From Lama glama (taxonomy: Eukaryota), in NCBI GenBank assembly GCA_028534125.1, contig CM052817.1, forward strand, positions 34,846,001-34,910,000: 64,000 bases of DNA, read 5' to 3'. Shown here in pieces: positions 52,136-64,000 of this stretch. The position numbers were made by a program, and so were the translations under genes. Numbering within the stretch: position 1 is the first letter of the stretch; each line of letters starts with the position of its first letter. The notes beneath the pieces are model-generated. The model was not told where the DNA came from. It searched no databases and saw only the letters and a program-made list of their open reading frames with translations.

Positions 52136-54221
52136 TTCTATTATCAGGATAAAGTCCTTAGACTTGTGTTACAAGACAAACACTCTACTGTTAATTATTG
52201 AAATTGTACAATGAGATTTTTTTCCTTTTAAAATTTCTTTTACAAAGGCATACACACTGTAAGTCTGTGTGCCTTATGAATGCCCTTTGTGTTATACTCC
52301 TTATCTCCAAGAAGGCAATCGAAGTAATAGCAGGTGGACAGCAGAGTTATTACTCCTCTTTATTGAGGGAAAAAACAGAGATTTGTCCTAAATTATATAT
52401 TAGAAAGAAAACTTAGATTTGTCCTAAGTTGTGTATCAGCATTGAAAAAATAGAAGCTTCTGTTCTGTCAGGTTGAAACATCTGAAACTGCCAATGTTCA
52501 ACCATTTTGACCTATAAAAATGACAATTTCAGATGCTTCCAACTATTCCTTGACTTAGTCACTTGCGTCTGTCCTTTCTCTATTTTGTTTTACTTATTCC
52601 TTTGCTACTTGGCCATGCATCTTTCTCTCCTTAAATGTGATGTTCTTTTCTATCACTTATTAATCAGTGAGCCCACTACTGGTTTCAGGCTTGATGCTTG
52701 GAACCAGCAGAGGCAAGTCACATCTGTCATGCCCTGTGCTCATCCCCAAAGTGGGGCTGGCCTTGTGTTGGAGCCCTCAGGGTTGCCATCTCACCAGCAT
52801 GATACCCCAGTGTCTTGGTGCTGGAGTATGTTAAGAGAATGACCTTTAAGAAATTTATGGTAATTTTCCATGCGTTGAAGAGTGGCTTACTCGGTTCTGA
52901 GTAGCTTTTATTTTTTTACCATTCAATGTTGAACATTCTGATCAGTGAATGATTCATAAACTTTCTGGTCTGTTTTCAAATATTATGTATTTCCAGATGT
53001 TACTTACTGCCTAAATTGTATTTTAAACCATTGTTTCATTCAGTCAACAGTATGGGAAAATACATACCCTACCTGTATTTATCACATTAAGGAATATTAC
53101 CAAAATCAATGAGAAGAATACTGCTGTTTTTTGATAATGAAGTGACCAGCTTTGAGGAGGAAAATGGCATTTAATTTTTCAGGGCCTAAAAGAAAGTTGT
53201 AGACATTTTTATTTTTATAAACATTAACCCAATTGAGATCAGTTTTAAGGATATTGAGAAGATCCTTAAGGATCTCATTTTGAAAATCACTTCCTATAAA
53301 GCAGTAACTGTTGCTTTGATTTAATGGAGTTCAGAGTGTACCTTTATTAATGTCTACAGATTTGTTTAATATTTTCCTGGATTTTAAAATCATGGCTGCT
53401 GATTCCCATTTTTTATAACATGTCTCTAAGCTTTGGGTTATGTTAGAAAACAAACAAGAAATAATCACCATCTCCTTTCAAGAGCTAAGTAATCATTCAA
53501 GTAAGTAAAACTGTTCATTGGGAATGTTAGCAATGTCAATGTGCGTAGTTTTTATTGATGACAATTGAATGTTTATGCTGATAATCAGGGCTTTTTGGCA
53601 GAATAAGGTTTTTAAAGCAGGACTTTGTTAGCAGTTGAAGTAGAGTGAAGTTTTTGTTTGGCCGTGTCTTTTTTATTCTTGCAGCCAGATTTCAAAAAAC
53701 CTTTGACTTGAGTCTTTAAAAGTCAGCTTCAACTGATATCTTGTGTGTGTGTTTTTTAAAATTGTTTCAGTCTTGTCCTTTCTAACAATATTTTATGACT
53801 AATCCATTGTGAGGGAGTGTCCAATAAAGGTTTTGGGCCTTGAGCAAAAATAACTAGACTAAATGCATGAGTCACAACTACTGACCTAAAAATAATACCC
53901 AGGAAGTGATCTGTTTCCCAGTTTTCTCCTCCAAGGACTCATCAGAACTGTTTCTTAAAAGACTAAGAGAAAAGAGAAAAATAAATGTATTTTTAGTCAC
54001 TGTCAGAAAATGAATAAGAAAAATGAACTCTGGAAATTTAGCTTCTTATGGATATTCCCACTTTGTAGTTATTTTTGACATTGTCTCTTAAACATTAATT
54101 TAGCATGAAGTTCAAATGAAATACAGGTAGTATTTTAAAATTTAAACCTGTATACGTTTCTACCCAGCTAATATTCTTTGCTTACTTTCCTCTGCTTTTT
54201 TCATACCTTTTTACTCTCCAG

Positions 54222-54242
54222 AACTGCCTAAAGTTACAGAAG
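54222..54242 (+). CDS. EXOC1: EXOC1 alternative 21-nt microexon (adds ELPKVTE)
   Basis: Branch CTAAT (54168), long polypyrimidine tract, ccAG|AACTGCCTAAAGTTACAGAAG|GTGCGT. Phase 1-1, frame-preserving, no stop. Confidence 0.85.
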
Positions 54243-55756
54243 GTGCGTAACACCTTTTCTTCTTATTTCTATTCCATATATTTTTATTACTTGCCATTGT
54301 TATGTACTGTTGGTTGCATATTTTATGAAATTGTGTACAGGGAAAAGTTTATTACTATAAAATCCATATGGTCATAAAAATTAATGATAGTATTCATGAT
54401 TGGCTTCCTAAGGACTGTTTTGTGGAAGAGCAAATACTTCTGAAGCAGTTACGATCATTGAAATATTTGTTTATTTTAAATATTTACTTGTGTGAGGAGC
54501 TGTACCGAATGATTTGGGCATTTCCTGCCCTCTAGCGACTAAGAAGCTGTCACACACGACAGTTTAACATGTCCACAGTGACTCTTTCAAAGGACAAGGA
54601 GCAAAGAGATGCCTCTCTAAAGAGCTTATACTTATATACTGTCATCTATAATTGCCTGTACCAAAAGTTTTAGCCCCCCTCCTTTTTTTCCTGTGATGTT
54701 ATCTAAATCTGCCTAATCATCATTTGTAAGAGTAAGCGTTTGTTATTTAAATTGGGTGGTTTTTGTTCTAGGACAAATTAACATATGTCAAGTCATGCTG
54801 AGTGTAGCTATCCATTTTCATCCAAAATAATGAATATTTAAAACATCCAAAGTTTGTGACTTAAATCGTATCCCATAAGCTGATGAAAATCAGTAACTTT
54901 ATTTCAAAGTTTATTTAAGGGTAAAATTATTTTTTTCATTTTACCTCTCTTAACTTCAGGATTTATAAGATCCCACATGCTGAGTGTATTCTCTCAAAAA
55001 ATTGAAATGAAACACTTATCCAGAAAGCATCTCAAATTTGACCTCTTGGTCTTTTGTTATAAAGCAGGAAGACCATTTAAATTTTTGTAATTTCAAACAG
55101 CCATGTTGTTGTTGCACTTCTTACTATACAGTTATTGAGAAAGTTTCGTTTAACTTTTATTAATGCATGTGAAAAATTTTTAAACAAAAAAATGGAAAAT
55201 CCGGTTAATATTTTCAGTGCCGAAAATAAATTGTGAATTGCAGGTGCATTTTTTATTTCAATTGAAAGTTATTTGGGGAAAAAGCCCCAAATGTAACAAA
55301 GACAAAAAGAACAAAAATAACAGAAGAAAATGTTACCTGGAAAAAAAATGAAAGCACATTGTTTTTCGTGTGTCCTAAATTCATAATCATTGTTTTGTTA
55401 GAGCAACAACCATCTCAGGTAGGAAAAAAGAAAAGATTAGGCTTGCTTCCATATGTTTTGTTTCTCGTTTTATATTTGTTTTATAGTTTAATTATGTTTC
55501 TGGAAATTGTGACTAAAGCCTATTTTAACACAAGTCAATGAGTTAGACTGCATGCTTTTTATTTGTTATAATAAACATTATATTAACACATGCAGTTCTT
55601 CATAAAAATAAGTTTTCTTCATCTATTTTGAATCATTCTTTCCAATTTTTCGGCCACTAAATTTGACCTGTGCTTAAAACTGACCTTACCTGTAAGTGCC
55701 ATGCCAGTGTCCTTCCCACTTTTTTACTACTTTATTTTAAATTTTTACCCTCTAAG

Positions 55757-55944
55757 AATCTGTTCCAAGTGGAGAAAATCAGAGTGTGACAGGAGGCGAT
55801 GAAGAAGCAGTGGATGAGTACCAAGAGTTAAATGCAAGAGAAGAGCAGGATATTGAAATAATGATGGAAGGCTGTGAATATGCAATTTCTAATGCCGAGG
55901 CCTTTGCAGAACGATTGTCCAGAGAGCTGCAGGTGCTCGATGGG
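55757..55944 (+). CDS. EXOC1: EXOC1 coding exon 4 ([11 protein letters not shown]...LQVLDG)
   Basis: ctaAG|AA ... GGG|GTAAGC; 188 nt. Confidence 0.96.
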
Positions 55945-57610
55945 GTAAGCCTTTCTTGTAATCTACGATTACTGATGTGCAGTGGATTGAGGAGACTGGT
56001 GATGTTCACATTTTACTGCCTCAGCACTTAAGCCCATGCAGTGTGATTATTGCTGTCCTTCTCTGGTAGTGCATTACCAGCTGCCGTCAGTCTTTCACTG
56101 TTCTTATTCAAAAGACAGAACCATTCCTATTAAGCCAATGAAGGCAGATGGCAGAGGGTTCTGGATTTGGGGAGGTTCTTGATATGAAATGATGGAGGTA
56201 AAAGTAGCCAACCTGAAACCAACTTGGGGGTGGATTCCCCCAGCCTCTCAAACACCTCAGAATAGTTCAGTGCTAAAGAATAGCATTTTTGTGGTTTGAA
56301 AAAAAAAAATAGATACAAGTTAGAAAGAGAGAAGTTGGGCTGAAATTAGTGAATACCCATAGAGCAGAATAGTGTGGTGAAAACAGGAGAGCCAAGGGAA
56401 AAAGAATGTTTGACTCCTCTGCTGAAATGTTTTGGAATGGGTCCTTTTCATTTGTACACACGTTTCTGAGTCTGTATCGAATTCTTTAGAAAGTAAAAAA
56501 CACAAGTAGCACTCCGTTTGTAAGAAACATCTAAAACGAGAACATTTGGGTAGCTTTGTTTTGTTTAGACAAGGTAAGCATTTAAGAAAAACCCTCAGAG
56601 AATAAGGAATATTTGCATTTTATATACGAAGGATGCAGTAGTTAGGATGAGGTTGAACTCAGATCCAGAGGTTACATGAATAGTCCAAGCTTCCAGGTTT
56701 ATAAAACTTTCTGGAAGTAAAGCCTAGAAGAGACTTTAAGGCATTAAAGTGGAAATTGTCCTGAGTCGGTTCAGGCCCCAGCTCTCCTGCTTAAGATGTC
56801 AGTTGGTCTGAGCCCTGCTGACTTTACAGCTGGGCTGCTTTTACAGTTGTGTTATTATGAATAGTATATAAAATAACACGTGTGAAATTACAGCATCACC
56901 TGTACAATGATATACTTTTAACTCCTTGTCCAGATTTTCTACTCACATCATGTTATCTGCCTTCCTAATGTGGCTTAGTGGTTTGCATTTTCTTTTCTAG
57001 TTGATATTGCATATGTGTTCCAAGTCATCATATTGCTTTGCAGTTTAATTTTGTATTTGAAAGCTTCCATATTTCAGGGAATTCAGAATCAATAGTCCAA
57101 ATCACTTAGAAACCATTAATAAGGGATGGTGGTCTGTTACTGCTTTGCCTGAGGGGAAAATAGTAATCTCAAATGAAAGAGAAAAGAAAAAATACCTTAG
57201 AAGGAGTGATCTTATGGCCATTTGCTCTTCCACATCCTATTAGTACAAATCATACCGCAGTTATCAATTAGTTCCATGTATCCTTCCGAGACTGGCATAC
57301 TGCTGCTACTCTCTTGACTAAGGTATTAATATAGATGATTATGCTTTTATTTAGGGTTTTACATAAATATTACAATACATAGAAAAATTTTATAGCTGAT
57401 AGAATTGGAAGAAGTGTCAGAGATGACATAGTCTAAAGCCATTCCATTCATAGAAATGAGAGTATACCATCACTGATGACACATTGTGGGGCAGAAATCT
57501 ACTTGTTCAGGCCCCAGAAATATACAGCACCCATCGATAGTTCACCTTTGTACTTCTTTTATATATTTGCATGATACGGAGCATTACTTTTTTTTTTTTT
57601 AACTTTGTAG

Positions 57611-57838
57611 GCCAACATCCAGTCAATCATGGCCTCTGAAAAGCAGGTGAACATCCTGATGAAGTTGCTGGATGAGGCGTTGAAGGAGGTGGATCAGATT
57701 GAATTGAAATTGAGCAGTTACGAGGAAATGCTCCAAAGTGTAAAAGAACAAATGGATCAGATCTCTGAAAGCAACCACCTGATTCATCTCAGTAACACTA
57801 ATAATGTAAAACTCCTGTCTGAGATAGAGTTCCTTGTG
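57611..57838 (+). CDS. EXOC1: EXOC1 coding exon 5 ([12 protein letters not shown]...IEFLV)
   Basis: gtAG|GCC ... GTG|GTAAGT; 228 nt. Confidence 0.97.
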
Positions 57839-58052
57839 GTAAGTGTGATTATAAATTACCAGCAACAACAACAACAACAAAAAGGCCTAATGAGAATATA
57901 TAAAACCCATTTGTAAAGATTTTCTAATTTCCTGAGGAGAGCAAGATATAAAATACTGTAAATCCAAAGACCCAGTAGTAGGATTGAGTAGCATCTTAAC
58001 TGTAAATTTCCCAAGATTATACATGCAAATGGTGTATTTATACATATTCCAG

Positions 58053-58185
58053 AACCACCTGGACTTGGCCAAAGGTCACATAAAGGCCCTTCAGGAAGGA
58101 GATCTTGCTTCTTCCAGGGGCATTGAGGCCTGCACCAATGCCGCAGATGCCCTTCTGCAGTGCATGAACGTGGCTCTTCGACCAG
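58053..58185 (+). CDS. EXOC1: EXOC1 coding exon 6 ([11 protein letters not shown]...VALRP)
   Basis: ccAG|AAC ... CAG|GTATGT; 133 nt. Confidence 0.97.
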
Positions 58186-58475
58186 GTATGTTCATTAGCG
58201 ACAATAAAATCTGCCCAAGAACCCTAGACTAAAGCCTATGACATAGTATAAAGCTTTTGACAAGACATACATGGGGCAAGTGGTTTAGGGTTACTTAATC
58301 AGCTATTCAAACACATTTCACTTGTTCTCAAACGTAATGTGTATTGACACTAAGAGCTTTTTCATTTCAGTTCCTTCTGATTAACCATCAATGACTGTAA
58401 GTTAACACCGTGATTTTTCTTCAGTACCGTCCATAGAACATAACCCAAAGTAGATGACATAAGGTTTTGCTAAAC

Positions 58476-58642
58476 CAGTGGTTCCAAAACTTGAGCTTGC
58501 ATCAGAATCACCTAGAGGTGATTCACCTTTTTAAAATACAGCTTGTCGCGTGCCACCCCCAGAATCAGGAGGTCTGGGCTGAGGCCTTAGAGTCCACACT
58601 TCTAACAGATACTGGGGCAAGACCAGGCTTTGAGAACCACTG
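58476..58642. mobile_element. MER5A-like hAT MITE
   Basis: TIRs cagtggttc.caaa / tttgagaaccactg. 8-bp TSD tgcta(a/t)ac at 58468-58475 and 58643-58650. Confidence 0.85.
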
Positions 58643-58810
58643 TGCTATACTATGTTTCCCCCTTACCTTTCTTTTATAAAGCAAATGAATAAGCTAGTAA
58701 AACTTCGGGTTCTTCAAAACTGAAATATGGATACTGTTAGAAAGATATTTATTAAGCATCAAGGAACTTTTTTAACCCATTAAAGAAGTCAAGAAATGTT
58801 ATGATTTCAG

Positions 58811-58920
58811 GCCATGACATGCTTCTGGCAGTCAAACAGCAACAGCAGCGTTTCAGTGATTTGCGAGAGCATTTTGCCCGGAGACTGGCCAGTCACCTCA
58901 ACAATGTTTTTGTTCAACAG
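58811..58920 (+). CDS. EXOC1: EXOC1 coding exon 7 ([15 protein letters not shown]...VFVQQ); not in the ORF track
   Basis: ttcAG|GC ... CAG|GTAATT; 110 nt, ends in phase 0. The gene continues past the window. Confidence 0.95.
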
Positions 58921-59368
58921 GTAATTTTATTTTGTTATTAATACTGACATGTTCCTGTAGCTTGTTTATATAATAGCTTAAATGTAAATTCCTACAAAAA
59001 ATTGTAATGTGTTTAACTGGGATCACAGTATATTCCTGCACACATTTATTTGATTTTAATATTTTTAAATATGCACATATTTGCTCATAGATGTATTTTG
59101 GACTACAACACCCTCCTTAGGAAGACAGTCTAGTTCTTTTTAGCTAAAACTCTGAGTTTTAAGGAACTTCGCTTACATATTGCACATTATCATTTAGAAG
59201 TTCTTATTTAAAAAAATAAGTCCAGACTTGTGACATGTTTACTCTTTGGCCTATTTTTAGGTAAGAACTAGGACTTGACTGCATAATTAAGTGTTCCATT
59301 GTCTCCGTATACTTATATACATGAAAAAACTGAGTAACTCAACTGAAAATTTCAGTTGATTTAATCTT

Positions 59369-59422
59369 TTTCCCTTGAAAATTTTTTATTGAAATATAGT
59401 TGATTTACAATGTTTTGTTAGC
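59369..59422 (-). mobile_element. 54-bp L1 3' tail with 16-bp TSD
   Basis: TSD cagttga(t/g)ttaatctt at 59353-59368 and 59423-59438; body 'ttttattgaaatatagttgatttacaatg'. Confidence 0.8.
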
Positions 59423-59738
59423 CAGTTGAGTTAATCTTATATAAACCCTCTGCATTTTTATATGAAAAAGGATATTACAGTTAAGATTGTGGCAATGATA
59501 TTAATATGATTAAGCAGACCTTGGAGGGATTTGAATAGAAGGCATTTTAATATCTGATGTAATAAATTAAGTTTCGTGTACTTTTCATCTCTTTTATTTT
59601 AATAGGGTTATTGGGCCAAAAAAATTGAGGGAAATTCTGTTCATCAAGAAGTGCTGTCTGAAATATTGGATTCTTATTTTGTTTTCACTTTGCAGTATTC
59701 TACAACAACTGTACTTACTATATTTTATTTCTGATCAG

Positions 59739-59792
59739 TTTACTCAGGCCCTCCTTCAACTCTATAACAGGTCCTACTTTCTTTCGGTGCCT
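59739..59792 (+). CDS. EXOC1: Candidate EXOC1 alternative 54-nt cassette exon (FTQALLQLYNRSYFLSVP)
   Basis: atcAG|TTT...CCT|GTGAGT. Phase 0-0 matches the preceding exon; open frame. Confidence 0.65.
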
Positions 59793-60936
59793 GTGAGTAC
59801 ATCAACTTTGGCTCCAGCTTCTCTGATTCTTTTATTTTTAATTAAGTTTACTAAACCTAACAGTTGCAGAATCTTAATAGATTATAATTAACTGATATAA
59901 GCTTCCTGTTAACCATATTCGTAGCAGTTTAATGTCCCATAACAAAAAGTGTATTTTGGCCAGAAAGGCATTTAATCTCATTCTGCTTGCCTTCTGTTCT
60001 GTCGTTCTTGCACTCACTCACTCCTTCATTTATTTAGAAATCGTTTTCCAAGTGATTAGAGATACCTACCAGACATTTACTTGGACTAGATGAGCGGTTG
60101 ATTCTCCCCTCAAGTAGCTCACAGTCTAGAGAAGGGAGATAGACAGATGCACTCAGGGAGGGTATATGTTATGATACTGGTACCCTGGGAGCATAAAGAA
60201 AGGCCACCCAACTAAGCATATGAGAGGGAAATTGGGAAGATTCTCTTAATGTTTCACTTGACTTGAAAAGCATCAAGAAAAAAGTAAATGTAGAAATCTA
60301 GGAAATACTAAAACACGTTTTTCTTATGCTATTATTTCAATAATATCAACTTCTATACAATTCCTTAGTTTTTGAAAACAACTCTGTTCAGTGATGTTGT
60401 CCATATTTGCAGCTGGTATTGAAAATACCAGTCAGTAAACAGAAGTCCTATCTGCACCCTTAATTGTTCGCTGTAACATGCTGTTATTCATGATTTTGCT
60501 TCTTTGCCTTATAAACTAATGGCTTTGTTTAAAGTCAGTGCTTCCCAGTTCTGAAAATCTGATATATATTGTTACATGTGAGCAATGCATGTTGAAAACC
60601 AGAATGTTGCAACAACCTAGAATGTGCTGAAGAAGGTGGAGGATGATGTCCCAAGTACAGAAAAGTTTTTCTGTGTATTAGATTTAATGCGTCATATCAT
60701 CTAACAAAAGAGGTGGGAAACTTGGGTATTTCTATTCCTGGTTGTGGGACAAACTAGCTGGGAAAATTTGATTGCCATATTATGATACATGTCTTTGTCA
60801 ATCATTGAATTTTCATTGTGTGCCTATTTTGTGCTCATTGTCATTCATGTGTAAGAACAAGAAATGGTTCCCACCCTCAAGATGCTTGTGAAGAGGTGTT
60901 AAAACTAATGTGCTTAAAGCTCCACAGCGCTGTATA

Positions 60937-63318
60937 CAGGATACCTTGGAGACATTACAGGTTCCGTTCCAGACTACAGCTAAGCGAATATCTTGATAAA
61001 GCAAGTCACACAGATTTTTTGGTTTCCCAGTGCATATAAAAGTTATGTTTACTCTATACTGTAGTCTTGTTAAGTGTGCAATAGCTTTATGTCTAACAAA
61101 ACAATGCACATGCCTTAATTTAAAAATACTATATTGCAGGAAAAAATGCTAACCATCATCTGAGTTTTCAGTGAGTCAGTCTTTTCGCTGCTGGAGGGTC
61201 TTGCCTCGATGTTGATGGCTGCTAAGGGATCAAGGTGATGGTTGCTGAAGGTTAGGGTGGCTGTGGCAATTTTTTAAAATAAGACAATAATGAAGTTTAC
61301 CATGACAATTGACTCTTCGTTTTCACAGTTTCTCTATAGCATGCGAGGCTGTCTGATAGCATTTTACCCACAATAGAATTTCTTTCCAGATTGGAGTCAG
61401 TCCTCTCAAATCCTGCTGCTACTTTATCTACAAGATTTAGTAATAGTCTAAATCCTTTGTTGTCATTTCAGTAGTCTTCACAGCACCTTGACCAGGAGTA
61501 TGTAGATTCCATCTCAAGAAACCACTTTCTTTGCTTGTCCATAAGAAGCAACTTCTCGTTCATTAAAATTATATCATGAGAATACAGCAATTCAGCCACA
61601 TCTTCAAGCTCCACTTCTAATTCTAGTACTCTTGCTGTTTTACCATACCTGTAATTACTTCCTCTACTGAAGTCTTGAGCTCCTCAAAGTCATCCATGAG
61701 AGTCGCAATCAGCTTCTTCCAAAACTCCAGTTAATGTTGATATTTTTACCTCTTCTCATGAATCACAAGTGTTCTTGATGGCATCTGAAATGGTGAATCC
61801 TTTTCATAACGTTTTCAGTTGACTTTACCCAGATCCATCAGAGGAATTACTATCTGTGGCAGCCGTGGCCCTACAAAATGTTATTTCTTAAAGAATAAGA
61901 CTTAAAAGTCAAAATGGCTCTTTGTCCATGGGCTGCAGAACAGATGCTGTGTTAGCAGCATGAAAACGACATTAATCTTGTAAATTTCCATCAGGGTTCT
62001 TGGGTGACCAGGTGCGTTGGCAGTGAGCAGTAACATTTTGAAAGGAGTATTTTTTCTGAGCAGTAGGTCTCAACAGTTTGTCTTAAATATTGAGTAAACC
62101 ATGTTGTAAACAGATGTGCTGTCATGCAGGCTTTGTTCTATGTTTAGAACACAGGCAGAAGAGATTTAGTTTAAGTCTTAAGGGTGCTACAATTTTCAGA
62201 AGTAAATGAGCACTAGCTTCATCTTCAAGTCACCAGCTGCATTAGCCCCTAATGAGAGAGTCAGCCTGTCCTTTAAAGCTTTGATGCCAGTCATTGACTT
62301 CTCTCTAGCTATGAAGTCCTAAATGCATCTTTTTCCAATAGAAGGCTGTTTCATCTACATGGGAAATCCACTGTTTAGTGTAGCCACCATCATGAATTAT
62401 CTCAGCTAGAGCTGGATAACTTGCTGCAGCTTCTCCATCAGTACTTGCTGCTTCACCTGACACTTTTTATGTTATGGAGACGGCTTCTTTCCTTAAACCT
62501 CATGAACCAACCTGGATAGCTTCAAACTTTCCTTCTGCAGCTTCCTCGCCTCTCTCGGCCTTCACAGAATTGAAGAGAGTTAGGGTGTTGTTCTGGATTA
62601 GGCTTTGACTTAAGGAAATGTGGCTGGTTTGATCTTCTGTTCAGACCACTAAAGCTTTCCCCACATCAGCAATAAGATTGTTTTGCTTTCTCATCATTCA
62701 TGTGTTCACTGGAGTAGCACTTGTCATTTCCTTCAATAACCTTTCCTTTGCATGCACAACGTGTCTGTTGGCACAAGGCGCCTAGCTTTCGGCCTGTCTT
62801 GGCTTTCCATCTGCCATCCTCACCAAACTTAATCATTTCTAGCTTTTGATTTAAAGTGAAGACGTGTGACTCTTCCTTTCACTTGAACACTTAGAGGCCA
62901 TTATCAGTATATTAACGGACCAACTTTTATTGTTTTGTCTCAGGGAGTAGGGAGGCCCGAGGAGAGGGAGGGAAATGGAAACAGCTGGTGAGTAGAGCAG
63001 TCAGAACACACATATTTATCAATTAAGTTCACCATCTTATATGGGCACGGTTCGTGGTACCCAAAAACGATTACAATAGTAATATCAAAGATCACCATAA
63101 CAAATATAATAATAATGAAAAAGTTTGAAATATTGTAGGAATTCCCAAAATGTGACACAGAGACATGCTGTGAGCAAATGCTGTTAGAAAAATGGTGCCA
63201 GTAGACTTGTTTGACACACAGTTGCTACAAAACTTCAATTTGTAAAAAAAAAAAAAAAAAAAATTGCTGTATCTGCAAAACACAATAAAGCAAAGCTCAA
63301 CAAAATGAGATATGCTTG
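60937..63318 (-). mobile_element. Near full-length Tigger1 (TcMar-Tigger) DNA transposon with decayed transposase
   Basis: About 2.38 kb. Termini 'caggatacct' and 'agatatgcttg', TA target sites at 60935-60936 and 63319-63320. Interior matches recalled Tigger1; no long ORF remains. Confidence 0.92.
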
Positions 63319-64000
63319 TATATTGAATTGCTAATTGTATAACCACATATACATTGTACACGTATGTATAAGTGCTAAAGAGGTTTAATCAAAAGTGAGC
63401 TTACTGAGGATTTAATTAGTCAGATAGGGTATGATGGATAAAGACAAGACTTGAACAGCATTTATGCAATGCAATTTACAGCAAATGTTTAGATACCATA
63501 ATATTATAACTACTGTATGGAGGAATCCAGTGGAAATAACCTAATGATCACAACATAACAGTGATTTAAGAGCATTAATTCCCAATCTTTATAAAATTCA
63601 CACATCAATAAGATTAAATAAAATTTAGAGACTGACCAAGTCACCAATTTATTTTACCAAGTAAAAACCTTAAAAAAAAAAAAGCAACCATCTACTTTCA
63701 CTATCTTTTTATTTTTTTTAAATGACATTTGGCACTAAAAGAAAAGGAAGAATATAATTTCAGACTTTCGAAATTAATGCATTTACCTTTATGAGAAACT
63801 GGCTCCCATCCTTTCTTGTTTTCTTATTGCTGGAGGCCAGTGAGAACGTCTTCACATTTGGGAATCACTCGCTGACCCAGAGCATGCTCTCTGTGGTGCA
63901 ATTTATAGTAATACTTCCATTATCTTAATGAAACTAGAAATGCATTTTTATTTAACATTCATTTCTTACTGTAACATAATAGGAAAGTAATGTTTTTAAC

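Noticed and set aside
52371..52440. Degenerate ~36-bp tandem duplication (agatttgtcctaa twice)
   Set aside because: Two decayed copies with no repeat-spacer structure; not CRISPR-like.
53260..53275. 16-bp perfect palindrome agatccttaaggatct
   Set aside because: Isolated, and plausible by chance in 64 kb of AT-rich DNA.
57855..57916. PolyQ extension in ORF 57629-57916
   Set aside because: The (CAA)n lies past the GTAAGT donor at 57839 and is an intronic microsatellite.

Overview
Mammalian (eukaryotic, intron-containing) genomic DNA. The tRNA-Ala-derived SINE and the young L1 3' tails suggest a camelid. The window holds two tandem + strand genes. The first is the complete 3-coding-exon EXOC1L (172 aa, 10272-24434). 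The second is the 5' part of EXOC1/SEC3: a CpG-island promoter at about 42.85-43.45 kb, and coding exons from 47355 to 58920, continuing beyond the window. Reading the splice signals also reveals an in-frame 21-nt microexon (ELPKVTE), an in-frame 54-nt cassette exon and two weaker candidate microexons in EXOC1. EXOC1L is a stand-alone copy of the Sec3 N-terminal PH-like domain. It has the same intron phases as EXOC1, lacks the polybasic loop and carries a new Cys-rich hydrophobic tail. The remainder is an orphan CpG island (about 2.45-3.45 kb), a 500-N gap and transposon debris: MER21, MaLR, MER34-like, L1, L2, MIR, a two-LTR ERV-L remnant, a full-length Tigger1 and several young TSD-flanked L1 tails. 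There is also a 118-bp inverted duplication and an unexplained 25-bp direct repeat. Repeat family names come from recalled consensus sequences, not from a search. No CRISPR, rRNA or prokaryotic system is present, and most ORFs in the supplied track are spurious.
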